Positions 50,918-61,990 of a stretch of 64,000 nucleotides of DNA are shown here, piece by piece. Position 1 is the first letter of the stretch; each line of letters opens with the position of its first letter. A model generated the notes under the pieces. It was not told the origin of the DNA and did no database searches. It saw nothing but the letters and a program-made list of their open reading frames with translations. The position numbers and the translations under genes were made by a program. This DNA comes from Polymyxa betae A26-41 (lineage: Eukaryota; Protista; Endomyxa: Phytomyxea): assembly GCA_003693705.1 (NCBI GenBank), contig RBZT01000588.1, forward strand, positions 62,001-126,000. The letters are read 5' to 3'.

Positions 50918-52169
50918 TTAATAGAGGCGAATGGGGATCCGTTCCACCATGTACTGGCCCGTGACGAAATGGACGCGCAGCTCGACTTCGAATGCGATCT
51001 GCGAATGGCAAGGGTTAGGGTATTAGGGTTTTAGGGGGTGGTTGGGCATCTCACAGCGAACTCGTCATGGGTTATGCTTGGACATGTCTTCAATCGTGGC
51101 CATGGCATCTGTATAGGTATAGGTAGATTACGGGCGACATTTCCCACCGCCACCTCCATCGTATGAACTTCCGACTTGTCGCTTAACGCTCCTTCGCTGT
51201 ATTCTGCCGCCCCGGGGGGCGTTAGTTCCATCGGACTACTCGGGGACGTGCCGCGCTTGCTTACCGCATGTCTCGATCCGATTCAGCGTCAACGTGATCG
51301 CTCTGATCTGTTTCGTGGATCGTGTGATCACCACCTCCCCGCTCAGCGCTTCCGCCTCAATCGAACACAACGTATTGTCAATGGCGCCCTCCAGATCGAT
51401 CTCCAGGTCGATCTGCGCTTCGTTCTCGCCTGACTGCGTCGTCAGCGTGCCGTACTGGCTCATGGGGGGGTGCCGCCCTTACCCTGACTCTGGCAGTAAC
51501 CGTGTGATCGGAAGGGCGATCGGGCCGGACGACATTCGGACGGCGGTCCGTACGCTGCCACGACGAACTCGCGCGTCGCTTTCGGCGTCGATGGCAGGAA
51601 ACGGCGTCCTGTATAGACCGAGAGCGCGTATTGGACAGCGATCAGTTTGCCTTTGTACGAGGAGATCAGGCGTTGGCCGTCGTCACTGTCGTCCAGCACG
51701 AACTCAAACGGGTATTCGACCTGCGTCGTACTGGTCGCTGCGGACGAAACGATTCAGCGTCGTTCGATCCAAATAATAATCATTGTGAAATCGATGCAAT
51801 GGAGAGACGATATTTGAACATAAATATTTTCAAAAAATCTGTGAAATGCTTTCAAAAAAGTTTGTGAAACTGTTGCAAAAAAGCGGAATCCTGAATGTCA
51901 ATTTGATACGAAATCTTCGTACATGGTGCTGGGAGCAGATTGAGCGATTTATTGAGGACCGAGATGGGTTTCAGCGACGAATAGAACGCCTCGAACAGTC
52001 CCACAGATTTGGGCGACAGGTTCAGGTAGACGGCGCCCTCGGCCTGAAGGCGGATCTGGGCCGGGGCCGCCGCCGCCGTGGTCGGCCACACGACCCGGCC
52101 CCGGACTCGATCGCCCGGATGAAACGCCGCCCGATCTCCAACCAGCTCGATCGCCACACCACCATTCAT
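50918..52169 (-). CDS. VPS26C: Retriever complex subunit VPS26C (DSCR3)
   Basis: EGAVYLNLSPKSVGLFEAFYSSLKPI, YPFEF, LNRIETCG, EVAVGNVARNLPIPI.M.WPRL.TCPS, FEV. Confidence 0.92.
51012..51046 (+). repeat. Telomere-like G-rich array inside the last VPS26C intron
   Basis: agggttagggtattagggttttagggggtggttggg. Confidence 0.8.
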
Positions 52170-52252
52170 CGTCGTCGAGAATAACGTCACAGACTACGAC
52201 GATCGCCTTCGTCGAGCATCATGACTCACGGGGCGGCGCCATTTTCCGAACG

Positions 52253-53140
52253 ATGTTGTTGCTGGTTCTGTTGGGCGCTACAGCGGCGGCGTGGCGATCC
52301 GACCTGCAGCTGACGTTGGACGAGGCCGACACGCTCCGGTTCGCGATCCGTCTCCAGGTCGGCGGCCACGACGTCGCCGTCGAGCTCGATACCGGCTCGA
52401 GCAGGACCTGGATACGTTCGTCGTCATCTCCTCCGACGACGACGACGCCCTTCTCGATCGCGTATCGCGACGGATCCAGCGCGACGGGTGTCGTGACCAC
52501 CGATCTGGTCCAGTTCGGAGCAGGGGCGCCGCCCCGTCTCATGACCTTCGGTCTGGTCAATGAAACCAACATCGACGGCGACGGCGTCGTCGGCCTGCGA
52601 CCGCCGCAGCTCGCCGCGATCGTGGCCGGCGCCGATCAACCTGCGGCGACGTTCATGTTCGCCGAACGACAGGTGCGGTTGGGGACGACGCCGGACGACC
52701 TCGACTGGGTCGGCAGCAGTCCCGATCGATGGACGATCGTGGCCGAGGCGGTCCGATTCGGGGCCGTGGCGGCGTCCGCCGCGCGCGTGCGCGTCGACAC
52801 GGGCGCCGCCATCGTCGGCGTCCCGGACGCGTTCTTCGCACAGCTGTGCGGCGTCCTGGGCGCCGACCCGAACGGGTTCGTGTGCGATTGCGAACGACGA
52901 CGGCGTTGGTGGCCTCCGCTTCAGATCGTGTTCGGTCCGGGTCGGCGTCTGACGTACCGGCCCGCGGCCTGGACGCGGCCCGTGCAGGACCGCCCCGGAA
53001 TGTGTCAGATCGTGTTCAGGTCGGCCGGTGATGATTGGATTCTGGGCGTCCCGCTGCTCATGCAGCAGACAGTGTCGTTCCGTGTTCAACGTCCAGATCA
53101 CGTTCAGATCGGATTCCCGTTAACATCGCTCATTGGATAA
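52253..53140 (+). CDS. Secreted pepsin-family (A1) aspartic protease; intronless, very GC-rich
   Basis: Signal peptide, ELDTGSSRTW, FSIAYRDGS, DGVVGL, RVDTGAA, WILGVPLL. Confidence 0.9.
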   Translation: MLLLVLLGATAAAWRSDLQLTLDEADTLRFAIRLQVGGHDVAVELDTGSSRTWIRSSSSPPTTTTPFSIAYRDGSSATGVVTTDLVQFGAGAPPRLMTFGLVNETNIDGDGVVGLRPPQLAAIVAGADQPAATFMFAERQVRLGTTPDDLDWVGSSPDRWTIVAEAVRFGAVAASAARVRVDTGAAIVGVPDAFFAQLCGVLGADPNGFVCDCERRRRWWPPLQIVFGPGRRLTYRPAAWTRPVQDRPGMCQIVFRSAGDDWILGVPLLMQQTVSFRVQRPDHVQIGFPLTSLIG

Positions 53141-53394
53141 TCGCGCCTCTTTGTTGAGATATATTCGCGATCGGGTATTTACTTTCCGGGGGGTCGCCCT
53201 GTTCATGGCCCTGATCTGGCCAATAAACTTCACTATTTCTTAACATTGTCTAACAGAACGGATTTGGATTCGCCATGGCTGCTGTTGCGATAATTTATCG
53301 TTTGTTGGGACGACAACAATTCGTCTATTCCATCTGGGGTCTAAAACCAATAATTCGGACAGTACCGCCAGGCTGCGTTTAGCTGATGATCATC

Positions 53395-53772
53395 GAAACC
53401 CTAACCCTAACCAACGCCTTGCTGGTCTCTGTGATGTTCACTACCCCTAGTTATCATGCTCTATCAACCTTCACTGTTATCTTGAGAGCGTCGACATCAC
53501 TAAATGCCAAATTCTGATGAGCGATATCTTCGTATATGTCCAGATCTGTGTATCATCAAGATCTCGTTATAAAACAGCTATTGGTTAGGGTTTGGTATCG
53601 AGACAATCTCTTAGCTCGAGCTAAACCCACGTCATGGGATGATCGCTGTCACTGACAAATGCAAAAGGTGCCGAAGCGGCGACAACAAGACAGTATTGGA
53701 ACACAGATATTCAGTTCTAGTGTCGGGGTTTAGGGTTTCCTGCATATCGCCAATCTAGTTTTGGGTTTTAGG
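53395..53772. repeat. Dispersed telomere/telo-box-like motifs in an intergenic gap
   Basis: aaaccctaaccctaacc (about 53396), ggttagggttt (about 53583), gggtttagggttt (about 53726), ttttgggttttagg (about 53760). Confidence 0.6.
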
Positions 53773-54513
53773 TGTCGTGCTGGGTTCATGACTCGGATCT
53801 CTGTCATCGTGATTCAATTGAATCCGCCTCTTTATTCTGCAACTAAATCTATGTCTGATTGTAGGATTTAAAGGCTGTAAACCCTTCCATATAATAAGCT
53901 CCAACATCTCGTAACTGATGATAAAGGCAGCTGAATCAAACGTTCCTTCTTGTTGTTTTCATATCTTGGCGATCCATTGAACAGTTAGTGTGGAAAACGA
54001 CAAAAGAAGGATCAGATGTCGATGGATATTCAGCGAGTTGGATTTTCAGTCCTGCTCCAAAAAATCCCTTAAAAACCTCAAATCTCAACAATGACGAACT
54101 AATTAATTCCTTGGTAATCAATGATCAATATCACGACGTCATATTCCAAAATCCCAAACCCGTTGAATAATAACAAATGTCCAGTTCCCAATAGATTCGT
54201 TAATAAACCAATCCTGAATTCATTATTATACATCTAGAGCCCATCACCCCATCACCCCATCACCCCATTGATAATGTCGAATATATCCCGAGGTTGTAGT
54301 CAGTCAGTATTACGGAGTCTCATAGCCTACAATAGGCCATTTATATGGGATTTATTGATCAAATCAGAAACCTGAATATAGCTGCATCTAACAGTCATGC
54401 AAGAATGGCCAAGACATTGAATCAGTTAGGTAAATGGACAATAAATTTATATAAAATATGAAGAGCTGAGAAAGGCGCTCAAGAATTGCAGTATTGAGAG
54501 AAGTGTGATACAT

Positions 54514-55467
54514 TCATGGCCTGAAACAACTAAAGAATCCTTTCTTCGGAGGACGTTGCATATGAAGATCATAACCATCAGTTGGTCCATAATATTGACC
54601 AGATTGATCTGTACGAGGATGATAGCTGATTGGATAGACGGGGATATCAACAGCTACATTCGATGGAGCAGCAGAGCCTTGTTGTGATGGCATCATACAC
54701 GCCTATAATCAATAATCGTTAACAAACTCATCAATGAGAACAGCGATAATTGGAATTACGCCCGTGTATGATGATGACGACGACGAGGACGGCTTCTCGG
54801 GTTTCGAGTCGCCGCACGACGACGACGACGCCTTCGACGGTCCCGGCAGCTCATACGTGAACGAGGGCTGAATTGACGACAACGGCGGCGAATTGTACGA
54901 CGATGATGACGACGGCTTCTCGTAGGTAAACGATGGCTGAATCGACGTGAACGGCTGCGAGCAGTACGACGGTGCGGACGGCTGCGAATAGCACGAGGAC
55001 GACGGCGGCTGCGAAGTGTACGACGACGACGGCGGCTTCGATTGGTACGACGGCTGCTTGCTGGGTTTCAGAGGGCTGTACGATTCGGGTCCGTATTCGA
55101 TGAGCGGCGTGTTGCCAGCCAGCCTCCTGCGGAACGCCTGCACGAACGCGAACGAATGCGCCACGACCTGGTCGTTCATGAATCTCGACCTGTTCTTGCG
55201 GATCTCGTACATGTTGCCGCCCTTGGCGGTCTGGGCCTGCACGACCGCATCGAAATACTGTTCGTAGTTCTGCAGGTTCTGATTGATCCCCATGAGATTA
55301 TCGAACGTGAATTTGGTCATGGGGACGGATTCATCGAGAGCATCTGATCATGGTCAGATATGGGGTCAAGGGGTCAATCAATGGGGGGCGTCATTGGCAT
55401 TACCGAGATCATGAGGATTGATAGCAGCAACTAGAAGACTGCATAAATACACTCCATAGGTGAAGGG
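54514..55467 (-). pseudogene. 5'-truncated vWA-like family paralog (C-terminal part only) with a Ser/Pro/Tyr repeat tail
   Basis: PFTYGVYLCSLLVAAINPHDL|DALDESVPMTKFTFDNLMG..YFD matches the adjacent plus-strand copy, with the intron at the same position; ends KKGFFSCFRP*. Confidence 0.7.
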
Positions 55468-57000
55468 CTGTTCTTCAGAATCGTCCTCTTCCTGTTGTTA
55501 GTGATCAGGATGATATCAGGCAGTACGAACAGGCCAATCCCAGTGCTAAACCAACACAATCATTCTTGTCGGGTGTTGAATCTTTAACGACGGCAGAAAC
55601 GGCTAGTAAGCTTGGTCTATCAGACCCGGAGTTGATCAAGCAGAGACTCTTCGAGAAGTTCAGGGAATATGAAGTACCTGCTGGCATGCTTGTCAAACTT
55701 CTTCAGATTCAGAACTATGATATTCTCAGCATCTTGATTGATGATTCCGGATCTATGTCCTCGAGTTGCAAATTAGCGGTAAAGTCCATGCTCACCCCAA
55801 GGACCTTCACGATCGATCTTGGAAGCTCCGACAGTCAAATCGACAGAATATTCTTGTGGAAAATCGTTGGAGTCGCTGGGTGATGGCCTGTAATCAATTG
55901 TTGGTGATGCTGGATATTCTGCAATTTATCCCGAAAGGCCCGATCGTCATCCGTTTCTTAAACCGCAGGAATGTCATCACCCTGGAACATAAGGAGACCC
56001 CAACTGGTAAGGAGCCTCCAACTGAGTTCTTTAAACGATCTAAGGAGATAATCCTGAATGCATTCGCTAATGGTATGTCATCGGTGTTGTAATCTCAACT
56101 ATCTAACCTATCAATGAAGGGCCTAACTATAGTACACCGATGCTCGAGCGAATTCAAGAGATCTTACAACTTTATGCTGGCAAGCAGGTCATACACTATT
56201 GGTTCGGAGATGGACAACCTAATGGAGGAGAACCTGCTGTAAGACACGGATTGCTCTGCCTGCTTGTTCTGTGTTCATAATGTGACTTTTCAGATCGACC
56301 AGATCAAGTCGATAGTATCGAAACGACGCCAGCCGGAAAAGCAGCCGATCACGTTCGTGAGCTGTTCCAACATTTCTAAAGATATCAAATGGATGCAAGA
56401 AGTTGAAGAACATGCTCGATACTGTGTTGAGATCTCTGATATGAGGTCCGAAAAGAGAGAAGTGGAACTCGACCAAGGGCCAGTATTACCGTACACCGAG
56501 GGCCTGTACCAGGTCTGTCTGCTGGTCGCCGCCATGAACCCCAACGATCTAGGTGAGCGCGGCGGCCCCGTACTGCCCCCTCCCCCCTGGCGGCGCCTGA
56601 CTCTCGAATTCAGATGCGTTGGATGAATCGGTCCCGATGACGAAGACGACCCTGGAGGAATTCCTCGGAATGTTGCAGACTGAAGAAGATTACTGGCGTT
56701 ATTTCGATTCGGTCGTGTACTCCCAGGAGAACAATAAGGGGATTGTGATGAGATCGATCCTGGATTTACCAAGAGTTCTTGAAAGAGGGAGCTGTGGCTC
56801 TAAATCTTTCATGTGTGAGGTGGTTTAAATCGAATCTGGCGGCAGATAAGTTGGAGCAACGACCCGGACATGTTCGATATCGCAGTCGGGAGTTTGAGAA
56901 TCGACCTGGCGCTATCCGACCCGCACCACGTCTACCACGCCCACAATTTCTTAAACGATCTCTTGCTCTTAATCCATCTTCAACTCAGCACCTTCGTTGA
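55467..57000 (+). pseudogene. vWA-like domain gene, 5'-truncated and frameshifted
   Basis: LIDDSGSM (MIDAS-like), IRFLNR, STPM, FGDGQPNGG, LVAAMNPNDL|DALDESVPMTK; frame change near 55765; no ATG at the start of the open frame. Confidence 0.7.
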
Positions 57001-57475
57001 TCGCTTTTCTAGAAGGATGTTCTGATTGCTGTACAATATCAATACATGAGGGCTCTCTCCAATCTTGATATAAAGTCGAATTTTGTTCCAATGTGTCTTT
57101 TGTCAGTCTCGGTACTGCAATTGGTCTTGTGTGATTGAGTTCATCAAGGACCTGAAGAATGCCGAATCAGAAGTACTACCGGCGCTATCAACATTGCTGG
57201 AATTTGGTTATGAAATGGGAAGACCTCAGCCATAATCCCAATATCAGACATTCGTGACCTTGCAGCTGTGATGTAGTTGGGTTCGGTGCTCGGGTCGTGG
57301 ATCTCTGTTCCTGGGCTCAAGCCAAAATCATTCCGTTGCTCTTTCCTGATAATCCTGAGAGGGCGAGACCGATGCTCCTGAACATAGGCCGAGCCATTGG
57401 CCCCGGTCTTCTGGAATCAGTCCCGACCAACAAACACAAATAGCAATTTCCTAACCCTAACGACGTCAGATATCA

Positions 57476-58281
57476 ATGGAGTTGAGAGTACAAAGGTTAC
57501 TGTGGACAGGCTTTACCTGGAAAATTGAATTTGTCACAGGTGAGGATGTTCAAACCGGCTCGTGTTGTTGCATAAATTTCAAGAGGCATCGGCAAACAAT
57601 GGTCGTAGAACTTTTGGTTCGCAAATGCTCAGAGACGAAACGCGTCGCATCTGCTAAATCTATCCTTACGAGAAGAGCTGGAGATAGAGCCATCACCGGA
57701 ACAACAATAACGCTCGATACGGATCTGTTGACCTCCTTCATTGAAGCGAGAAGCCACAAGAGGTGAATACTATTTCTGAGTCCAAACAGCCTTCCTTACA
57801 TGAATGTTCCAGAATGATGTGATCATGATCTTACAATGTCATGGCTATTTTCGAGCCATTTTCCTAAATCCGCTGACATTCTCTCGGTCAGTTTGCTACG
57901 AGCAGCAGCGATGACTATTCATCGCTGAGCTTATTAATTTCCGTAACAAAACTGTCGAAGAAACAGCACCGAAACTTCATGGTTTCTGGATGACGCGGAC
58001 CAGAAACAATAGTAATGGAATCCATGAGATGAATTCCCATCTGATTGATCCTCTGTCAGAATCAGGGACATTGAATGTTGAATAAGTCTGAGCCCATGGT
58101 CCATCTAGAAATCCTTATCATGCAAGAGCATGATCGAATCCATGATTGCATCGCCGTACTGATTGCCAAAATGAAAACGGCCATCGTGCGTCAACGTATG
58201 GCGGAAAACGTCCAGCTGCTTTTGACAGTATTGCAGAATGTGGCAGAAAAGATTCCTGATCTTTGGTTGAGAATGGTGTAA
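57476..58281 (+). CDS. Hypothetical protein; structure uncertain
   Basis: Short ORFs with possible GT-AG joins; no domain recognised. Confidence 0.3.
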
Positions 58282-59186
58282 TATAGAATACAAACTTGCC
58301 AGTATTACATACACTGAGATAACACTTAACAGTTTCGACATTACAGCAGATATGGCTCGATCCGATGAAAAGGATGCTTGTTGCCCGCCCACTTTGAGAA
58401 AGTCGCGATCACCTGTACAGAAGGCATGATCGTGACGATCATCTCCGAGCTGCGATCGTAGATCACCTAAAGAGATATAATGAGGGTTGTCAAATGGAAT
58501 TCTGGGTTGTATGATGTGATTGATGCTCCTAGAAGTTACATAGGTCATGCATGGGCAGGCTAATGTAGGATTCACTTGATAAGCAGGAAGCTTGCCAACA
58601 TACATTGACCTTATTGCATATCTTTCAGTCCGATATCAAGTAATGAGTATCCTGAATAACTTCGTCGTCGCCTATTCACCTCTTTAAACCATCCATCTCT
58701 CTGCATTATGAAGTACAGAATCAGTAGCACGACACTTCACTAATATCTCTTTCTGATCATATCCTCCTACAGGTCCAGGATTCATGATGAAATCGACGGC
58801 CGTTGCTCAGAGATTATAGACCGAGGAGTGCAGTGCTGACAGACCTGATGGTGCTGAAACAATCCGTCGTACTCGACCCCAGATGATTGGGATCTGGCAC
58901 TGAATGATTGACACGGGACTTCGACCTGCACATGAATGGATCGATTCGCCAGCAGCAATCTGGCCATACAGCGATCAACAAATCGTTACATGAAACGATA
59001 CCGGTATCGTTTATAACAGTCCAGACATCCTTCTATTGAATAATCGGGCAAGAATCGTGAACATTCTGCACCGAGTAATGGTAGAGACGAACTACATTCT
59101 CAATAAGAAGATTGTGTATCAGCATACCTGTGCGACGCTCATGATAACGACTAGACAGAGCTCTTCAAAGCAGTAATATATTGATC

Positions 59187-60229
59187 TTATTGGTTGTGTA
59201 ATTTGGCACGACGTCGAAGAAGTACATAGATGAAGAGCAACATCGGGGACGTTAGAATCACAATCATGATAATGACCAGGAAGAAAATCGTGAGAAGCAG
59301 CCAAATGGCGGCGAGGATCAGTAGAGCAAAACTACCGACCGATAGCCCAGCTATAATATCAACTGACAGCCACATAACCCAAGATATCATATTGGATACA
59401 GTTTCCATATTGATATCAAGGACCGATGCCAACCATGACAACGATGAATTACAGAATACACATCTAAGCGGGTTACATCCGCTTAGATGAGTGATAGAGA
59501 GATGACAATCTGGGCATCGTTGTAGAGATGATTCAATAAAATGTAGAGAAGTCTGTGTGGCCGCTGCCAGAAATATGCCATAACTTCTACATGAGATATG
59601 ATCGTGAGTTTCGTCCCCAATTTGCCATGGTAGATCACATAGTACACAAACAGTTGATTTGCATGCATCACAATAAAATCGACGTTTGTCTTTACCAATC
59701 TCATCCAGTCGATAGGGTCCATGATCAGCTCGAAAATCTTCCTCGACCAGAGGTCGGTCTAACCAGACAACGTTGAGACATCCACGAGTGGGACATCCAT
59801 ATCTCAACGAAATCCTGGAATTGATCGAGCGCAGCTGCGTAATGAGCCATTGATTGTAGAGATTTCGAAAATTCAGGGGCAATTGAAGAATTTCACAGTC
59901 ATTGAAGCCCACAAAACAGAATGGACATTGAAAGTGGAATATTTCACTCTGGATCTTTAGATCAGCATATTTCCTGATGCATACCTGGCAGAATGTATGC
60001 TGGTTCGAACAGGAGAACGACTCTGAATTTGTTCCTCGAAGCAGATTAGACAATCAAAAGGCTGCGATGACGTTGATGGTTTGAAACAGGGCGACGTAGT
60101 TTGACTGTCGCTAGAACTCCATGGTTGACTGTCAGATTCTATATTGGAGATGATGACGGCACTACATGCTGTGATAAAGATCTCGATCAAGACCAGAACT
60201 AGAAAGGGGAAAGAAGGCCGCGACATCAT
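59187..60229 (-). CDS. RBR (RING1-IBR-RING2) E3 ligase-like gene with N-terminal signal/TM and C-terminal TMs; frameshift at about 60025
   Basis: CLICFEE and CSNQHTFCQVC..CPFC lie in different frames; IBR CPTRGC..CDACKSTVCVLC..HDHISC; RING2 CPDC..SGCNPLRCVFC. Confidence 0.8.
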
Positions 60230-60545
60230 CGAGGCCCCGGCTGCTCGTCTTTCAGAAAGAACTTCCACGCGGAGCTCCCGTGGCGCACTTTTCTTCTGTG
60301 AGTCAGTGAGAGATCCGCCACGCAGTTTTTGACGGTAACCTCGTCCTACCGTACAGCGATGACAAATTGCGTAAATGAATCGTGATTGATTTTCCGCACG
60401 AAACCCAGCTCCATCAACTAACTGCGTTGTTATCATCAGGGCTGACTGAATTATCTCCGAAATGTTAAAGTAAGAGTGCCTGGATTTAGGTCCCGGGGGT
60501 AAAATGTGCCGCCCACGCTGCCAAAAAGTGCGATCAAATAGTGCT

Positions 60546-60574
60546 ATCCAGTCCAATCCAGTCCAACCCAGTCC
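60546..60574. repeat. 10-bp tandem repeat, 3 copies
   Basis: atccagtcca atccagtcca acccagtcc. Confidence 0.8.
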
Positions 60575-60839
60575 TTACGGATGCCGTCCGGACCTCTGGG
60601 GAGACGACCTTTTCATTTTTCCAACATGTTTGCATTCTGGTTACAGTCACGGCTTTTGCGGGCGCTGTTCTTGAAACTGTGTGCAATTTTTAGTGATGCA
60701 GGATCTAACACAATATCCGAAATTCCGTCGACACTTCGACGATTTGCATTTCACATTCCTGATTCGGATTTCGGGTAAATGACCAACCCCACCTGTCCCG
60801 ATTCAGTCTTAATCCTCGTTTATCTGATCATTTACCGCT

Positions 60840-61700
60840 CGCTTAGTTTCGCACATGGTCATATAAAATCGGATTCTCTCGCGAATCAGCCGGACACACT
60901 CAACTGTACTTAAAGGTGCTGTTGACGATGTTTCTCCGTAAAGTATTTCAAATAGCCCGCTGCGGATCCCTCTTCAGCTAAGCATGAATTTCTGACAGTT
61001 CGTCGACGAATGCACGCTAGGATTGCTGAAAGAAGTGGCAGGCGAAAAGTGAAAAATCGAAACGCGGATGGTAATCATAATTAGCGAACAAATGGACTAA
61101 AACCGGTAGAAGAATGGACAACGTTGTGTTCGAAATCATCGATGAAAGCATCTACCAGTCATTTTGCACGACGTTTACGAAGTAGAGCATCTACTGCTCC
61201 AAGATCTGCTGGACCCATTTGGTTTGCCCGTCGGATCTGAGATGTCAAGCCGATTATGAACTTCTAAAATTGGCTGACAAATTCTGGGCCTCGGTCTGAT
61301 ACTATGCTGCCTGGGAGGCCATACAGCTTAAACACGTTGGAGAACACGAGCGAGGCAGAATTTTTGCAGGACCTTTTTTAAAAAAGCATATAAACGCAGA
61401 AGCCTGCGATATGTCGAAATCCGGGGTGCATAGTCTGAGTCGTACTACACCAAGAAGGGCATCTCGAGCTTTGACACGGCAAGAAATGGAGACTAATCAG
61501 AAATGCTGCGCAGTCAACGTCCAGGCGATTATTGAGCGAATCCAAATTCCAGACGAGAAGATGCATTAAAGGGAAAAAACAGAAAAGTGATTGAATAATA
61601 TTGTAGTGACCTGACCATGGGACATCATGATCAAAGACTTCAAGCAGCTAATCGGACGATGTGGCGAAACGTGCAAGGACTCGCGCTTCGCTCATTCGAT
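60840..61700 (-). mobile_element. Decayed Ty3/Gypsy LTR-retrotransposon integrase fragment
   Basis: Minus-strand translation with stops and frameshifts: LHFLPC, VFKLYGLPGSIVSDRGPEFVSQF*, DGQT..VQQILEQ*, QNDW, VHSSTGFSPF, ANYDYHPRFD, PCAKL. Confidence 0.8.
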
Positions 61701-61990
61701 GCCAGTATTGAATATACTCTGTGCTTCGACAGTCTTTAAATGCGTTAGCAATCAGGAAATATTTTTAAGAGGTTTTCAGTAATAAAAGATATCCTGTTTT
61801 GGCGCATTCGAAATCACAATCATCGCCGTATGTCACCCATTAATAAAATGGGCAACGTAGCCGTGAATTTTTTTCGTGTTCTGGATTCTGTGACCATGTT
61901 GCCTTTTCGATGCCTGGCAATTTGAAACTTGAATTCTGGTGGTATCGTCATTGGATAAGTGCATGAACTGTTGATTTCCGCAACTAGCTG

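Noticed and set aside
52219-53101. Long overlapping antisense and alternative-frame ORFs over the aspartic protease (also over RPS10 and VPS26C)
   Set aside because: Expected by-product of high GC and stop-codon scarcity; Arg/Pro-rich translations with no motifs
57120-57260. Chromodomain-like LVMKWED fragment suggesting a retroelement
   Set aside because: Too short, and no other supporting motifs
58300-58970. Possible minus-strand gene (ORFs 58105-58605 and 58782-58967)
   Set aside because: Could not build a consistent exon chain or recognise a domain
60015-60040. Programmed -1 ribosomal frameshift in the RBR gene
   Set aside because: No X XXY YYZ slippery site; mutation or sequencing error is more likely
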